A stretch of DNA of 63,621 bases, counting the filler, from Platydemus manokwari (taxonomy: Eukaryota): NCBI GenBank assembly GCA_037951405.1. It is 5 parts of 5 records of this genome, joined end to end, with 100 filler letters (N's around TTAATTAATTAA, not from the genome) between each part and the next. Parts side by side here need not be neighbours in the genome. Positions count along the whole stretch, not along the records: positions 29,712 to 43,335 come from JBBMOY011665846.1; positions 43,436 to 53,340 come from JBBMOY011190655.1; 3 more parts are not named here. One strand, given 5' to 3'. Positions 38,340 to 51,770 of this stretch are shown here, piece after piece. The position numbers and the translations under genes are program-made. Position 1 is the first letter of the stretch. The number at the start of each line of letters is the position of its first letter. The notes under the pieces were generated by a model, which was given only the letters and a program-made list of their open reading frames with translations, searched no databases and was not told the DNA's origin.

Positions 38340-41165
38340 TTTCCATCTATTTAATAACCATTCAAATATTCCTTCATCTTTTGAAATGTTAATTGTTGTA
38401 AGTTCTGGTTGTGGTAAGACGCAACTACTTTTTAAAATGTTATGGGATTTCTAGATTATGATAATATAACAATATTTTCTAAAACTGTTTATCAAGAAGA
38501 ATATCAATTTTTATATCACGGATTTCAAAAGGAAGTATAATAAAAATATTTGAGAACCAACATAAGTTTGATAAAGATTTTTGTATTAGAGAAATATGTG
38601 AACATGCCACAGGCTGAACATCTACAACCATGACTTCAAAATTTAATGAAATTATGAATCCATTGGATTTAAATAAAAAGGACTAAAAAGATCTTAATCA
38701 TTTTTGATGATTGTGTTACAGGAAAAAACCAGAAAATTATGAGTTCTTATTATACAAGAGGGATACATAATAGTTGTGAATGTATTTATCTATCTCAAAG
38801 TTGGATTGATTTACCAATGAAAAAATTATTTTGTTTAAATTGCATAAAAGAGATAAAGATTTAATATATACACATTTATTTAGTAATACAATAGAAAAAT
38901 AAGATTTTTCTTTTAAATAAACAATAGAATGGGATATATAAATATATAGCTTTTGACAAAGATTAAGATGAATTTCTTGCAGATCTGTTTATGGATTATA
39001 AATAAAATTATAGAAGGGTAGGAGAGGGAAGGAACCTCTAAGGACTTCATCAACTGCGTTCAACTTCGTTCAAATTTATAAAGTAAAAATAGCAGGTTAT
39101 AACATAACGAATGGCCGTAGATTGGGCGAAATCCGAGTTTTCAACACAAATAAAAGAATAGAAGAATCAAAAAAATTGTTTCCCTTAAAACTTATTAAAT
39201 ACTGAATCTGAAAAAAACTACATTCTAAAATTTTGTTAAACCGAGGTATTGCAGAATTTTTTTAAAACACTATTAGCACCAGTTGTATAAAATCAAGAAA
39301 AGCAATAATTAGCAAACAAATAGTAAAAACTGGAAAACCCAAAACATTTTATAAAGAAGGAGAAAAAAAAATCTAATAAAATACGTAATAAAATTAAAAA
39401 ACATTTTAGATAATAAAAAAAACAAAAATCTGGTGGAGTTTTTCCGTTATTAGTCCCTCTACCAGCAATTATAGCGGGTTTAAGTTGTTCAGTTGGAATT
39501 GCTGGAGAAGTTGAAACTGCTGTAAACCAAGCAAAATAAGATAAGAAAGTTGATGTGGAAACAGAGAGAGTGAAAGAAGCGTTGGCACAATTAAAGGCAA
39601 GGAAAAGAAAAGAAGGAACCAGGTTCTACCGATGAAGGAACAGCCTTATGTGATTTTATAAAAAATACTAGATATTCAAAGTTACCATTTTTAAAACTGA
39701 ATAAAAGTGAGGGACTTTATATTTTTCCATATGATCAATAGTTAAAAATAAGTTGATAAAGTTGATAAATCATAAAAATGATAATTTAAAATATACGAAA
39801 AATTGGGAGAGTTGATTAAAATTATTTCTAAAAAATAAAGCACTGTAATAATATCTAGAAGTACAACATACGAATGGGGATTTTGTTAACCCGTTCCTTT
39901 ATAGCTGGATACAAGATTTGAATATGAAATTGGTTTAATGTATATAAATGTTTACAATGCTGTATATAATGTTAATGATAGTAATAATTCTTTTGAATAT
40001 GAACACAAATTATTTAAGATTTTCCCAGGTGCTAGAGAAATTTTCTGATATATAAACAAGAGTATACAAGAATGTGTTGGTGTTTATAAAATTAATGAAA
40101 TTACAAAACTTGATAGTTATAAAAACCAATTATATTATGTAAAAATTGAACCTGATAATAGCACTTTAAAATGTAAACTATTTACAAAGGGTAATGTAAA
40201 ATTTATTACTTTGAGTTCTGTTATAAGATTTGAAAATAATAAAATGTACACTCTCAGAAATTACTTATCAGAAAATAAACGAAATATATCTGAGCTTACG
40301 TTAATATATGTTGAATGTTCAATAGCTGATGGAAGTTCAGCTGGAAGCATTGCTGAAACCTCCTCGAAATCGAATCGCAAAACTACCATAAAGTAGAAAA
40401 TATCATTTATAGTTTTACAGCCAATAGTGTTCGAATTGATTATTTATATTATAAAGAAGTGAAACAAGTAATTTATATTAGAATATTTACTAAATCTGTT
40501 AGTGAAATTACTTTTAAAATAACATATCAAAATGAGAATTTAATAGATTTTGGTGGGGAAAAAATCTTTGATACTATATCTCAAAGAAGTTTAATCTGTT
40601 GTCTTAAACATATTTTAACGATGTTGAATGAAGATGAAGTTCCTTCCATTCCGCTTTTAACAAGTCTGGAGAAGGTAAGTTTAATTTTTTTTTAAAAATG
40701 AATGCCGGATGCCGGACAAAGTTTGATTTATTAAATTGCTAAATATGATATTAATAAAATTACTAACTTTGATTTAATGGATATTCCTAATGATTTAAAC
40801 TTGAATGTTGAAATTATTATGCGGGATGAATTAAAGAATGTTATTGAACAAATATATAATAATGTATTTAGAAACCATAAAAGAAAACGGTTCGCATTGG
40901 GTCTTGATAAGTAAACCTCATAAAATTTATTTTGATCCCTATGGAATTTTACCGACAAGAGAAGTTTATAATTTTTTAAAGGTGAAGATTCTGGAAGCAG
41001 AGCAAAGTCCACTGGTCCGACGAAGTCCGAGTTTGATTTAGTTTATAATAAAATTAAAATACAAACACACGGCGAATTATGTGCACAATTATCTATGTAT
41101 GTTTTATATTGTATAGATAATGGATTAAAATTTGATTATATTATTGATCATATGCGAAATCAACT
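38340..41165 (+). mobile_element. Decayed endogenous Polinton/Maverick (adintovirus-like) virion module: packaging ATPase, pX-like protein, minor capsid (penton), adenain protease
   Basis: ATPase: MLIVVSSGCGKT (Walker A), IIFDDC (Walker B), YYTRGIHN..IYLSQSW (38371-38810). pX-like: GGVFPLLVPLPAIIAG (39432). Penton-like: YEIGLMYINVYNAVYNVNDSNNSFEY (~39920). Protease: NFDL..IMRDEL..ENGSHWV..YFDPYG (40765-40945). All genes are broken. Confidence 0.85.
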
Positions 41166-41239
41166 TCAGCCGTATACATCACTTTTCATACTTAAAAAAT
41201 GTCTAACCTGGTTCACAAATTTGATAATAGTTGAATTTA

Positions 41240-43000
41240 TAATATGAGTGATGTTCAAGAAATGCTTATGCTAAAGAACGATTTTACGATAGAAAATACT
41301 AAGAGTTATAAGATTAAGATTAATAAAAAGCTAGATGAGGCACGTGAAGTGAATAATGTGAGTGTTCTAACGTCGGATAATTGGATAACAAGCGAAAACC
41401 CAGTCATAAGCCAAAGGTGCAGGTAAGGAGAATAGAGACCGTAATTACTACAACTGTAACAAACCAAGTGGTATAGTACAAAACTGTAACACCTCAAATG
41501 TTGTAGCGTGTTATATCTACCATGAAAAAGGTCATATAGCTAAAAACTATCCAAATATAATTATATATAAAAGAAGTTATTATCACGAATCACTGCAGTA
41601 CAGGAAGAGAACGTTGATTCATATAATGAAAGCTGAATTTGGTAACCAAATGCCAAAACTCTGACCTCATCAGAGCAGGTCGGAGCAATGCACTAAGCTA
41701 CGATGTTGATCTTGATCATTATATTCGTTCTTTGATTCAAAACATGACCGGTTTTTTTGGGATAGCATCCACAAATTGCCCGAAAGATGGGGAAATGTTG
41801 TAACTTCCGATGGACATTACTTTGGATAACAGAATTGTACAAGACTTTCTTTAATAAACACTCAATTGTTCTAAAAAAATTCCGGTTTTTAAGTTATAGA
41901 CCCAATATTAGTAGTCATATTGGTATTTATAATATAAATAAAGAGTATAATAATAAAATAATTAATAAAGTCAAATAACATAAATAAGGTATATAATGCG
42001 AAAGAGATCGAAAATAATTAAAATATTAAGTGTGACCCAACAGAAATAAATGCAAAAACGCAAGAGAAGATAAAAAAGTTTATAACTAAAAAGAACTCAT
42101 ACAATGATAAAGAAAGCAAGAAAAATGACAATATTAACACTTGCAGAATTAAGAATCGTGAAGATTTCCTACGATAAAACACAAGGAAGACCAAGCACAA
42201 TTATAAGAATCGAAAATCGAGAGTTTGAATGTTTACGAGATATAGGAGCAAGAATAATCATTATAATAAAAAATATAACAAATGAAATAAGATAAGTGGT
42301 GTGTAACATTTAGGTTAACAACATAATCTACTTTGGTCAGAAAACATTTTTCAATTTAGTAACAATAGTATTATCAATATTGCTAACACATGCATGTACC
42401 TGAATTAATTTTAATTTGTAGAGGAGAATAAAAAGAAAATTATAAGACATGCATTAAAAAACTTTGGATAACAGAAAAATAGGAAATATAGGAAATCAAT
42501 AATAAACAATGCCGACTCGATAGCATTTTTGAAATAATAGATACTACAATATATTAAGTATAGAAAAAAATGACTTTAACAATTGTGAAAAATATTGTTA
42601 GAAATAGAAACTCAATTTATAAGATTAGCTTTTCAGGTTGAGTAACATAGGAAGGAAACTGTATTTATAATGATTGATAACAAGCACTTGCAGACGTAAG
42701 GCGAGGTAAAAATATAAAAATTATATAAAAAAAAGATGTAACGACCTTATAATTATTCAAACAGTATGAGAAATGCACTACAAACCTCAACATGCATGGC
42801 GAACTAAAATAATTATGAATAAATATTTTAATACACACATACTATAAGGGAACAAAATACATAACAGAAAAGATAGCAACAATAAAAAATACCAATATCC
42901 TAAGGGAGCACGTGGTATGGTAATAACAAAGGAGACAATGGAATGTGTATATGAAAGTACATGGCATATCAAGTAGATTTAAATAATATTGGCAATACTA
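41240..43000 (+). mobile_element. Decayed Ty3/gypsy relic(s) (gag zinc knuckle, aspartic protease)
   Basis: CYIYHEKGHIAKNYP (CCHC remnant, ~41508-41553); GRPSTIIRIENREFECLRDIGAR (LDTGA remnant, ~42185-42255). Confidence 0.7.
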
Positions 43001-43264
43001 GCAAATTATAATATTAAAAATCAGAATAAATTTATGAGCCCACTTCCATTGCTTATCACCAAAAAAAAGAATAAAATTGAAGAATTATTTCTTTTTTGGA
43101 AAATTTGTCATGATTATTTTATAATTTAATGTCAAACCAATAACTTTGAAAAATTCTATTTTATTCTTTATCTTTAAAAATTTAAAAGTAATTCAAGTTG
43201 AGTTTAATATTTGTTTTAAACTTAATATATTTTCTTATATATTTTTTTAATAGTTTAACAAATA

Positions 43265-43269
<5 letters not shown>

Positions 43270-43303
<34 letters not shown>
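43270..43303. repeat. (TA)n microsatellite
   Basis: Perfect TA run near the contig end. Confidence 0.9.
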
Positions 43304-43308
<5 letters not shown>

Positions 43309-43335
43309 ATAGAGATGCACATAACATAGAGATGT

Positions 43336-43435
43336 NNNNNNNNNNNNNNNNNNNNNNNNNNNNNNNNNNNNNNNNNNNNTTAATTAATTAANNNNNNNNN
43401 NNNNNNNNNNNNNNNNNNNNNNNNNNNNNNNNNNN
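43336..43435. other. Artificial contig spacer
   Basis: 44N-TTAATTAATTAA-44N. Confidence 0.97.
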
Positions 43436-43438
43436 ATA

Positions 43439-43616
43439 CAATCTAACTAGTTATTTGTGATTAAATATATAATTTTATGTTGTGAATTTTCAGTTAATGA
43501 TTTAAGTAGGTAGTGGAATCTCAACTTATTCTGATTTCAAATTTATAAAATTATGATTCTTGGTGGATAATAAAAATAGAACAATATCTAATGGTAACAA
43601 ATAACTAGTTAGATTG
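43439..43616. mobile_element. Tc1/mariner-type MITE with perfect TIRs
   Basis: ATACAATCTAACTAGTTATTTGT (43436-43458) is the exact reverse complement of 43597-43619; TA on both sides. Confidence 0.75.
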
Positions 43617-46109
43617 TATATCATAAAACACTATGAAACCATTCACTGAATCGACAGTTAATATGAATAAACTTTATTGAACAAATAACACAATTGAATT
43701 TGAATTTTAAAACAATCAAGAATAATTACAATGTTATCATGTACGTCAAATGTTCTGCAGTAAAAGTTTCCAGATCCTTATTAGTGATCAGGAATCCTTC
43801 TTCAAAAAAAAGATATTTAGAATTTTTCACTTTCTTTATCTTTGTTATTATTATTAATTAAACATAAAATAAAATGTCTTAAATAAAAATTATAATGATT
43901 ATTTATATTTAGGGCATTATGTCTTCTGGGATTTCCTCTTTTTTCGAATTAATAATAACAATAATCTTTTGATAGACGAAGGACAAAAGAAAGTCTATTG
44001 ATAGAATTACTCTTTAATAATAATGATGAAATATAAATAGGTTTATATCTTTGTAGATGAATAAAATAACGGTAGCTAATTCTTAATTAGGTTGATTGAA
44101 TTTGAAGTAGAATATTTTTTGAAAGTAAATCTATAGATGAATATATGGTTAATATAATGTGATTTATAATCTCAAATCGAAACACAACATGTTCACATAG
44201 TTAAGTTGTTAGTGATTACGACAGTGGAAGGAATAAAATTTGATTTTAAGATCTATTTATAACGGATCGGAAATTCTATTTGATACCAATACGTAAAAAT
44301 CATTTCGGTATTTCGATCACAAATTGAAGACATCGAATTAGATACAATTACTATACTTTTATAAAATCTACCAATTATTATTCTTATTAAAGATTCATCA
44401 ATTAAAATTGTCTGGAAACAGTGTCTGAGTAGATTTTTCCTCTGTTAATAATTATTTAAGTGTTTATCGATTTTTCTATAAAAACTAAATCTCTGAAAAG
44501 GTTTTTGGACTTGAAAGACTTTTGGAAATCATTTCGGCAATTAAGGATCAACCTTTTTGAATCATTCTATTTTCGCATGAATAAATCTAGGCATAATACA
44601 TAAATGACGAATCAATACATGTTCTAGATATAAATATATACGAATGGAATTGAATGATTGTGTTTGTTTGAAACCGTTATGATCACTTTGTCTCTATCAT
44701 ACTATCTTCAAATATTATTATTACTTCTCATTCGTTGTTATTTCTTTAAATTTTCACAATAAAGTTCATATTCGATTATTCAGGATTATCAAGAACGATT
44801 ATAATTCACATTTATGCCATCGCCAGCAACTCTACTGATTCTGTCATTGAAAACAATCTGGAAATCACTACCAATACTGACAAACTTGCCATTCCCATAA
44901 TCGGTCGAGTGATGACTGCTGAGAAGTACAATACAATTTATCCCACGTCAGTTTCAAATCCAGAAATGAGTTCGTCAACATTATCTAATCCATCTCAAGC
45001 GCGTGTCGTTTCAAACATAACTGATGAATTGGTTCCTAAATAGCTCAATGAACTCATGATAATCATTAGTTCGATGGAATATTTCCATATTCATATATAC
45101 AAGTCGCCAAATAGATAATCATAATTATAATAAATTTTTCGCTTCAAGTACAATTTCTTATTTTGATATTTTCCAATCATCAAAACAAATTCTCGGCTCC
45201 ATTAATTGGACTTCATTACTTTCATTGGTGCGAAAATAACTTTGTGAATGAATTAAGTTATATATAACACAACAGTTTGATTCTAGATAAATGAGGCAAT
45301 ATCTACTTTTTATCGCGCTTTTATTGTGTATATATTTCATCAAAAATATCACATTGACTATTGTATCGAAACTTGAAAGATACAATGAGGTTGTTATATT
45401 AGTTGTTATCTACATTTTCATATGCTTTTTTCAATTTTCTTCTTTCAAAAGTTCTGATTTTTGTAGATTTCGTTATGTTTTCAGTCTTTATTTGATGCAA
45501 CGGACTTTCAGATGTGTCAGTAGTAGCTAAATCAGTTAAATTTTGAGACTCGTTAGAATTATTTATTTAAAAGCTTTACGTATTATTTATCATTCAAAAC
45601 AAATTTAATATTTTTAAATTAATTAAAATAATTTCGAGAGAGCTTCAATTATTGTCAATCTTAATCAGGATTATATATATTTAAATCATTCAAAAGATAC
45701 TTCATATTAAATTTTCAAATTATTTACCAAAATTAATTTCTATAATCATTTTCATAAAACTTGAATTATAATGCATTTTAAAATTAATTAAATTTACTAC
45801 TTAATTTTCAAATTTTGCCACACAAGGTGTCTGGATCCAGACCTAATAACTTGATATTTCCATTATTGATTTTGCTATTTTGATACATATCTGTATATAT
45901 TATGTAATCCTTAATTCAATGTTATACAAGTACATTTGGTCAATATTAGTTGCAGCCAATATAATATCGTTGTTAATAAATTATCTCTATTGATTTCCTC
46001 GGTTATTTCATATATTAAATATCTTATTTCAGTTTCCAATACACTTTTCCTTATTCCAATTAGAAAATCAACTTCATATATTACTTAAATATTTAGGAAT
46101 TCGGTTTGT

Positions 46110-46800
46110 TTTTAAAACATTTTGACTGCTCTTGGTCTTCATCAGTGCTGATATAGTGTACCAATAAAATATAATCCATTGAAGAATAAAACCATCTTCC
46201 TAAAATCAATTTTGAATTTAATTTTCGCTTGAAACACAACTAGCAGTGAAAATCTTAAAATGAAATTTATGAACAAAAAATTCATGCAATTGTCAGTTAT
46301 CAGATGATAATGTTCGGTTCTATTTCTAAACAACTGAATAATCACTGACTCCAAAACTCGAAGGCTTTATTTCCAAACTGCATACTGACTTACAAAAATA
46401 CAATAATACTCGTTATACTTAAAAACATAACTAAACCTGGCCTTCAACTGGCATTTGACTATCTTTACATCGGTATTTATACTCAAAATCTGTGTGTAAT
46501 ATTTGTCTCTTGTTTGTATTACATTTCGACTCGATCTTGGCTTTCCCATGTTCCCATTTGGCCTATTAGTCTTTGTGTGAGTGGGATTGATGAATCATTG
46601 TTTGTGTTGTTGTGTGGATATGTCTCTTTTTCCAAATGTCGTTTACCATCTAGCTTCACTGTAATTGGTCGGTTGTTATGCCTGTATAGTTGTGTAGGCA
46701 TGCAAATGTTTAAAGTGCCTAAACAAGAGTTCCAAGGGGCAAATCTGTTTTTCTTTAGCAGAATTTCATCTCAGTCAACAGTAATATATAAAGTGATCAT
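46110..46800 (-). mobile_element. Penelope-like element 3' relic (GIY-YIG endonuclease) with a decayed minimal hammerhead
   Basis: L*TFACLHNYTGITTDQLQ (VY.F.C..YIG.T.R.L remnant, ~46715-46660); downstream CTGATGA-AGACCAAGAGCAGTC-AAAATGTT (46145-46116), which is two CpG transitions from CTGATGA..GTCGAAACGTT. Confidence 0.6.
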
Positions 46801-49800
46801 GAATTAGAGAGCGAAATTTACAATAATTTGTATGGAAAAGCCACTTACAATCGACTTTAAATTAATTTTCGAATGAATTATTTATAAAATAACCTTCAGT
46901 ATACAATGAAGAAATAATTATAACTCCTTTAATAGGAATTGATTATTGTATTATTCTCGAATGTGTTTTTTGATACTGTGGTTCAAAGTGTAGATTCATC
47001 ATACCAAAGTCGTAATTTCATTTATTTACAGATTTTTCGAGCAAAATTGAAACATTTCAGTCAGTCGCAATTTGGTTTTATTTAACAAAATGGAACTGTT
47101 TACAGTACAAAACAGAAGAAGATTAAAGAACATTCAACCTATCGAACAGAACGTTTTACTTATTCCATAGAGATTGTAGGAGACAACTAATTATATTTCG
47201 CTTTTAGCAAAATCGCTTCCGTAGGCTAAACGTATGACTTTCAAAAGATGACCTTCAACCGCACATTATTGATTTCACACAATAGTAACTCGCTAATAAC
47301 AAACTTTAAGCTATATAAGATTTTCGTATTAAAGTATTGTACAGTCTCCAAATAAATTTAATTAAATCATGATACACGTTTATAAAACATTATTTTTGAG
47401 CTACCATCAGTATTTTTCTCGATATTATTTATTAAACCTGTCATCAGGAATATTTTTAATTATCCGCGAAACATTGTTTTGATAAATTAATTATTTTCCT
47501 TTTAACTGCATTATTTATAATAATCTTTTAAATTATTCACGAAATTAACTGTTCTGTCGTTCCATTGACCGATTGATTTTTTCAAATGTACTTTTAATTA
47601 AATTTCATATTTTATATTTTTTTTCAGTGAAATAATTTCATTTCGATCATCGTAAATTATAAGAGTTCACTTCATATCAACAAAAGGTTAAAAATTAAAA
47701 TTGGATAACATTTTTAGTTAGATGTCGTTGATCAGCTGTAAGGTTTCTTCGATAAGGTAGGTCAACTGGATCCCATTAATATCTCGCCATTGTCGAGTCT
47801 ATGTCGCTGTGAAGAAATTGGGACGAATGAGAGTTTTGCCTTTTTTAATTATATATTTGGATTTTTAAAATTTAATTTTTTAATTATTATATCTGGGTTT
47901 TATCTTAGAGGAAAGTGAACAGATTTCTTGAGTTACAAACCCACAGACACATGTTTATATAAGTGTATGTAACGTTTGGAGTTCTCCTTGTTATATATTA
48001 TTATCATTACTAGAATAACTATCCTTGACATCTTTTGGCAATGTATGTGACTTGATCAATCCACAGAGTTCTGATAATCCACCGATAGTAACAAATTTTT
48101 ATACTTGATATACCTTCGACTCGATTGCTTCAATAATGAGATGAAGACAAGATGACTGATTATGCACACTGTCCTAATAAAAACTTGATATTTAAATCTT
48201 GTAATTATCTCGAATTATCTCCCATCACCTTATCCATTATATCTACCTATTTCGATTTTATTATTATTTTTAACCTTCTTCTTTATCAAAGATGATGAAA
48301 TGATATTGAATTTGACTTTGTTATCAAAAATGAAATGATTCCTTATCGAACCTGCCGATCGTAATATCAAACGACTTAAAATCTTAAATACACCTTTATT
48401 GGTACGAAAAGTACCATTATAAAAATTTATACCAAATTAATTTTACAATACTGTTCTCTGAAACGTCAAGGCCATAACTTACAACTTCTGGATGTTAGCG
48501 GATAATAAACTCCACAGAGTAACGAAATCAAGACACAAGAATTTGGTATTAACTTGATAAATAGAAAGAATATATGTTTACAATAAAAATGGTAAAGTTT
48601 GATTTTATAATTACAGTTTCTTACTGAAAAACCTTCCAGTAGAATACTGATTCTGGATTCCTTATGCAAATGATCTTCTTCCCCAGAGTATCGTAATCGT
48701 GTTAAATTATCAAAGCTGTCCTATCAACTTCATAATCATAAACAAAAAAAGTTTAAAAAATTCACAAAATTAAAATAAACAAAAAATTAAATTTTTCAAC
48801 AAAAAACCAACATAAATTTTTTAAAATTTGCTTAATCACATAAAAATTAAAAAAATTTAAAGATCACAGTAAAAAATTCTACTAAAATCTAAAAATAAAA
48901 ATAACACCCTTTACTGCTCCCTTGAGATTACTTTACGTCCACAATAAAATTTTATTATTTATCTGCTAGTTGCTAAAATGCTTATTTAAATTAATCAAAT
49001 ACATTTTATTGATTTGAATCAATTGCTTTTGTTTGTAATACAATTAGTATTTATATTTTATATATTATTTGATTATATTATCTGGGGTTTTTTTAGAGGC
49101 AACGACCTTGACAAGTTAAAGATTCTAAAATCCTTTTGACTATATAAATTTGTCAAATCTTTATCATTATTTCGGTGTTAATTATCATTGTGTCTTCTCT
49201 ATTGTAAACAGTTGCGAAACTTTGTAGTTGATAATTGTACAAGCAATAATTGTGACCTTGCCTTATATAAGGAGCGACTTGGCAATCATAGGTATTCTCT
49301 ACAATTATTATTTAATACAATGCACGTGTGTTTAATGACCTACAAGTTAATATGGCAGAGCTAAATTCTAAGCGATTGAATTTAATGAATTACTATTTTA
49401 TTCTAGGATTAAATTTATTCTGCGTGATTATTTGATTTATTTGGCGCGATAATAGTGGACAATTTATTTATTAATATTATTATGCAATAGGTTATTTGTT
49501 AATGTTATTTTATGGATAATTTTATTAAATGGGAACGTTTTAATTGGTAATTTCAAATATTCTCAAGTTATAAAATTTTGATATGTATTATTAATATTAA
49601 ATTACCATATTATTTTGGATTATATTTATATTGTATTTTATTTAGATTAATATTCAATATTATTTCATGCAAATTGTAGATAACCTCAATCTCAATATAT
49701 ATCGGCAGATCAGATTTAAAGTCGTGGTTTCAATATTATCTTTAGTCCTTGAGAACGGTGTTCCATAAACTAGCACTTGATTTGTTACAATAAATTATGT

Positions 49801-50534
49801 AAAGCTGTATAACTATCGTTAAAAGAAACAGTATGCATTTAATAAAGATCCGTTTCTAGAATCAGGCTGTAAAGTTATACAATGAATATCTCCCAATCAA
49901 CGTGATTGTAAAAATGTCCTTAAAACCGAGATAATAAAAACAAATAATTTATTCGTATAATAATATAACAAAAAATAGATTCAGATAATTTTACAAAAAT
50001 AGAATTTCAATTAATTCAAAAAATAATCTGATTTGTGGTTGTCATTTTGACATTTAATAATTTAAACTAATCAAAATGCATTTCGATTTCACCAAATTAC
50101 AATAAATCACTGAACATATGATTTGAAATATTAAGTCTGAAGGTATAATGTACAGCTGAATTCATATCAAGATTCTGATAATTCTATAATAATATGTAAG
50201 AATAATAAAAGGAAATAATAATAATATTCGTAATGTAAATATATGAATACAGTAAAACAATTTTATACATCTGAAATTAAAATTAAATTTCACATACATA
50301 TTGGCACGATTGAAATATTAAGCCAATATTTAATTAAAAGATATTCATTCCTTTCTACAAATAATTAAATCATACCGAATGTTATTATAGAAATCGTGAT
50401 AATCATGACAATTATTAATTGATAATTTATTTATAATTAGAATTTGTTAAAATCGATAAATAAATCAATTTTTTTTTAATAATTAATAAGAAACAATTTT
50501 TTATTATGACAAAAATAATTCTCCATATAATGAT

Positions 50535-50971
50535 CTACAACGCCTCATCATCTTCTTCGTATTCATCATCAACTTCATCAGGAACACACTGGTCGATATA
50601 AATATTACAATCAGAATCGATATAAATTAAAAACTAACGAAAAATTCCACGAAACAAATATTATTAATATCGGTCTGGATCATAAATTGAACGGAAAGAA
50701 AATTATTATCATTTGTACGAATCGAAACTTTATGAGACAAATAGAGAATCTTTGACATTTTAAGCAACATTGATGATTTGTAACGAATTGTACGCGTTTC
50801 TTCACTTTCAAATATTTCGATTTCCTCACAATGCTTGGGAAAATCAAAAAATGTTGATCCCCATTCACCGTATGTAGAAATGCGAAAATGTGGAGGTGAA
50901 GGTGATATCAAAATTTGTATAATATCACTTGATGGATCGATTTCTTTAAAAATTTCTTTAAGATATTCCGA
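50535..50971 (-). CDS. RAD1: Checkpoint clamp (9-1-1) subunit RAD1, last two exons 50971-50639 and 50588-50535
   Basis: SEYLKEIFKEIDPSSDIIQILISPSPPHFRISTYGEWGST..KVSIRTNDNNFLSVQFMI..ICFVEFF|CVPDEVDDEYEEDDEAL* matches the RAD1 C-terminal half; 50-nt phase-0 GT-AG intron. No intact upstream exons in this contig. Confidence 0.9.
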
Positions 50972-51086
50972 CTAAAATTGATAAATTGGTTGAATATTTT
51001 TATGATCAATGTTCATGATCAATAAATATATTTAGAAATTAGAAATAATAAATATCTTAAACATAATTTAACTTATAAACATCATA

Positions 51087-51565
51087 CAGGCGGGCTAGAA
51101 GTTATGGGATAATACCAAAAATATTGTCTAAAGTATCTGTTCAATTTATTTAAGGTATTATACCTATGAACAACAATGTAATGGATTAAAAGCGATACAT
51201 TTGTTTAGAAATACTCAAATTATCCACCATTTACTTCGATACACTTCAAAACTCTGCTCCTCGTAGATACATACACTTTGTGACAAAGCTCTGGAGTAAT
51301 TAAAATGAAAAGCGTTGGTTATTTTTCCACGCTTGGTATTGTTTTGAAATTCCCGCGCAATTAAACGACATGTTTTTGATTTATTCGATGTTTTATAAAA
51401 TGTTTTGATCTTTGTTCAGTCACTCAGCTTTTTTCCATTTTTAGAGTTGAATTGCAATGAAAATACTCAATTTATCATTTCAAACTGTGCACGTGGATAT
51501 AAACAAGTTAAGTGAATGATTGAATAATTTACGTGTCACGGCCCTCTAACTTCTGGTCCACTCTG
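51087..51565 (-). mobile_element. Internally deleted Tc1/mariner-superfamily element
   Basis: TA-flanked imperfect TIRs CAGGCGGGCTAGAAGTTATGGG / CAGAGTGGACCAGAAGTTAGAGGG; transposase C-terminal remnant RSRVLKCIEVNGG*FE. Confidence 0.7.
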
Positions 51566-51574
51566 TATATTGCA

Positions 51575-51770
51575 TATCCCATCAATTATCACACCCGAAT
51601 CATCGATTTAGTTTATTGATTTCAAGATGCGCATAAATATCTCCCGTAATGGTTATCATGTAGACCAAATTTAGATGTAGATTAAGTCGAAAAATAGATG
51701 GTGATTTTTCATCATGAAATATAAACAAAACTAAATATTTTCAATTCAAAATCTGATACTGTGAGTTAAC
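51575..51770 (-). pseudogene. Decayed RAD1-like middle-region fragment upstream of the intact RAD1 exon
   Basis: FHDEKSPSIFRLNL (cf. RAD1 EESVTFRINL) and, after a frameshift, IDDSGVI (cf. LEEGGVV); contains stops. Confidence 0.4.

Noticed and set aside
41655-41690. Minus-strand CTGATGA within a GACCT/AGGTC hairpin as a hammerhead
   Set aside because: No GAAA box or stem III in the required position.
43900-45042. Coding-like decayed region with a hydrophobic segment and an S/T/N-rich tail (possible channel pseudogene)
   Set aside because: No diagnostic motif, so a family assignment would be a guess.
45829-45842. 14-bp perfect palindrome GTCTGGATCCAGAC
   Set aside because: Isolated single occurrence with no supporting context.
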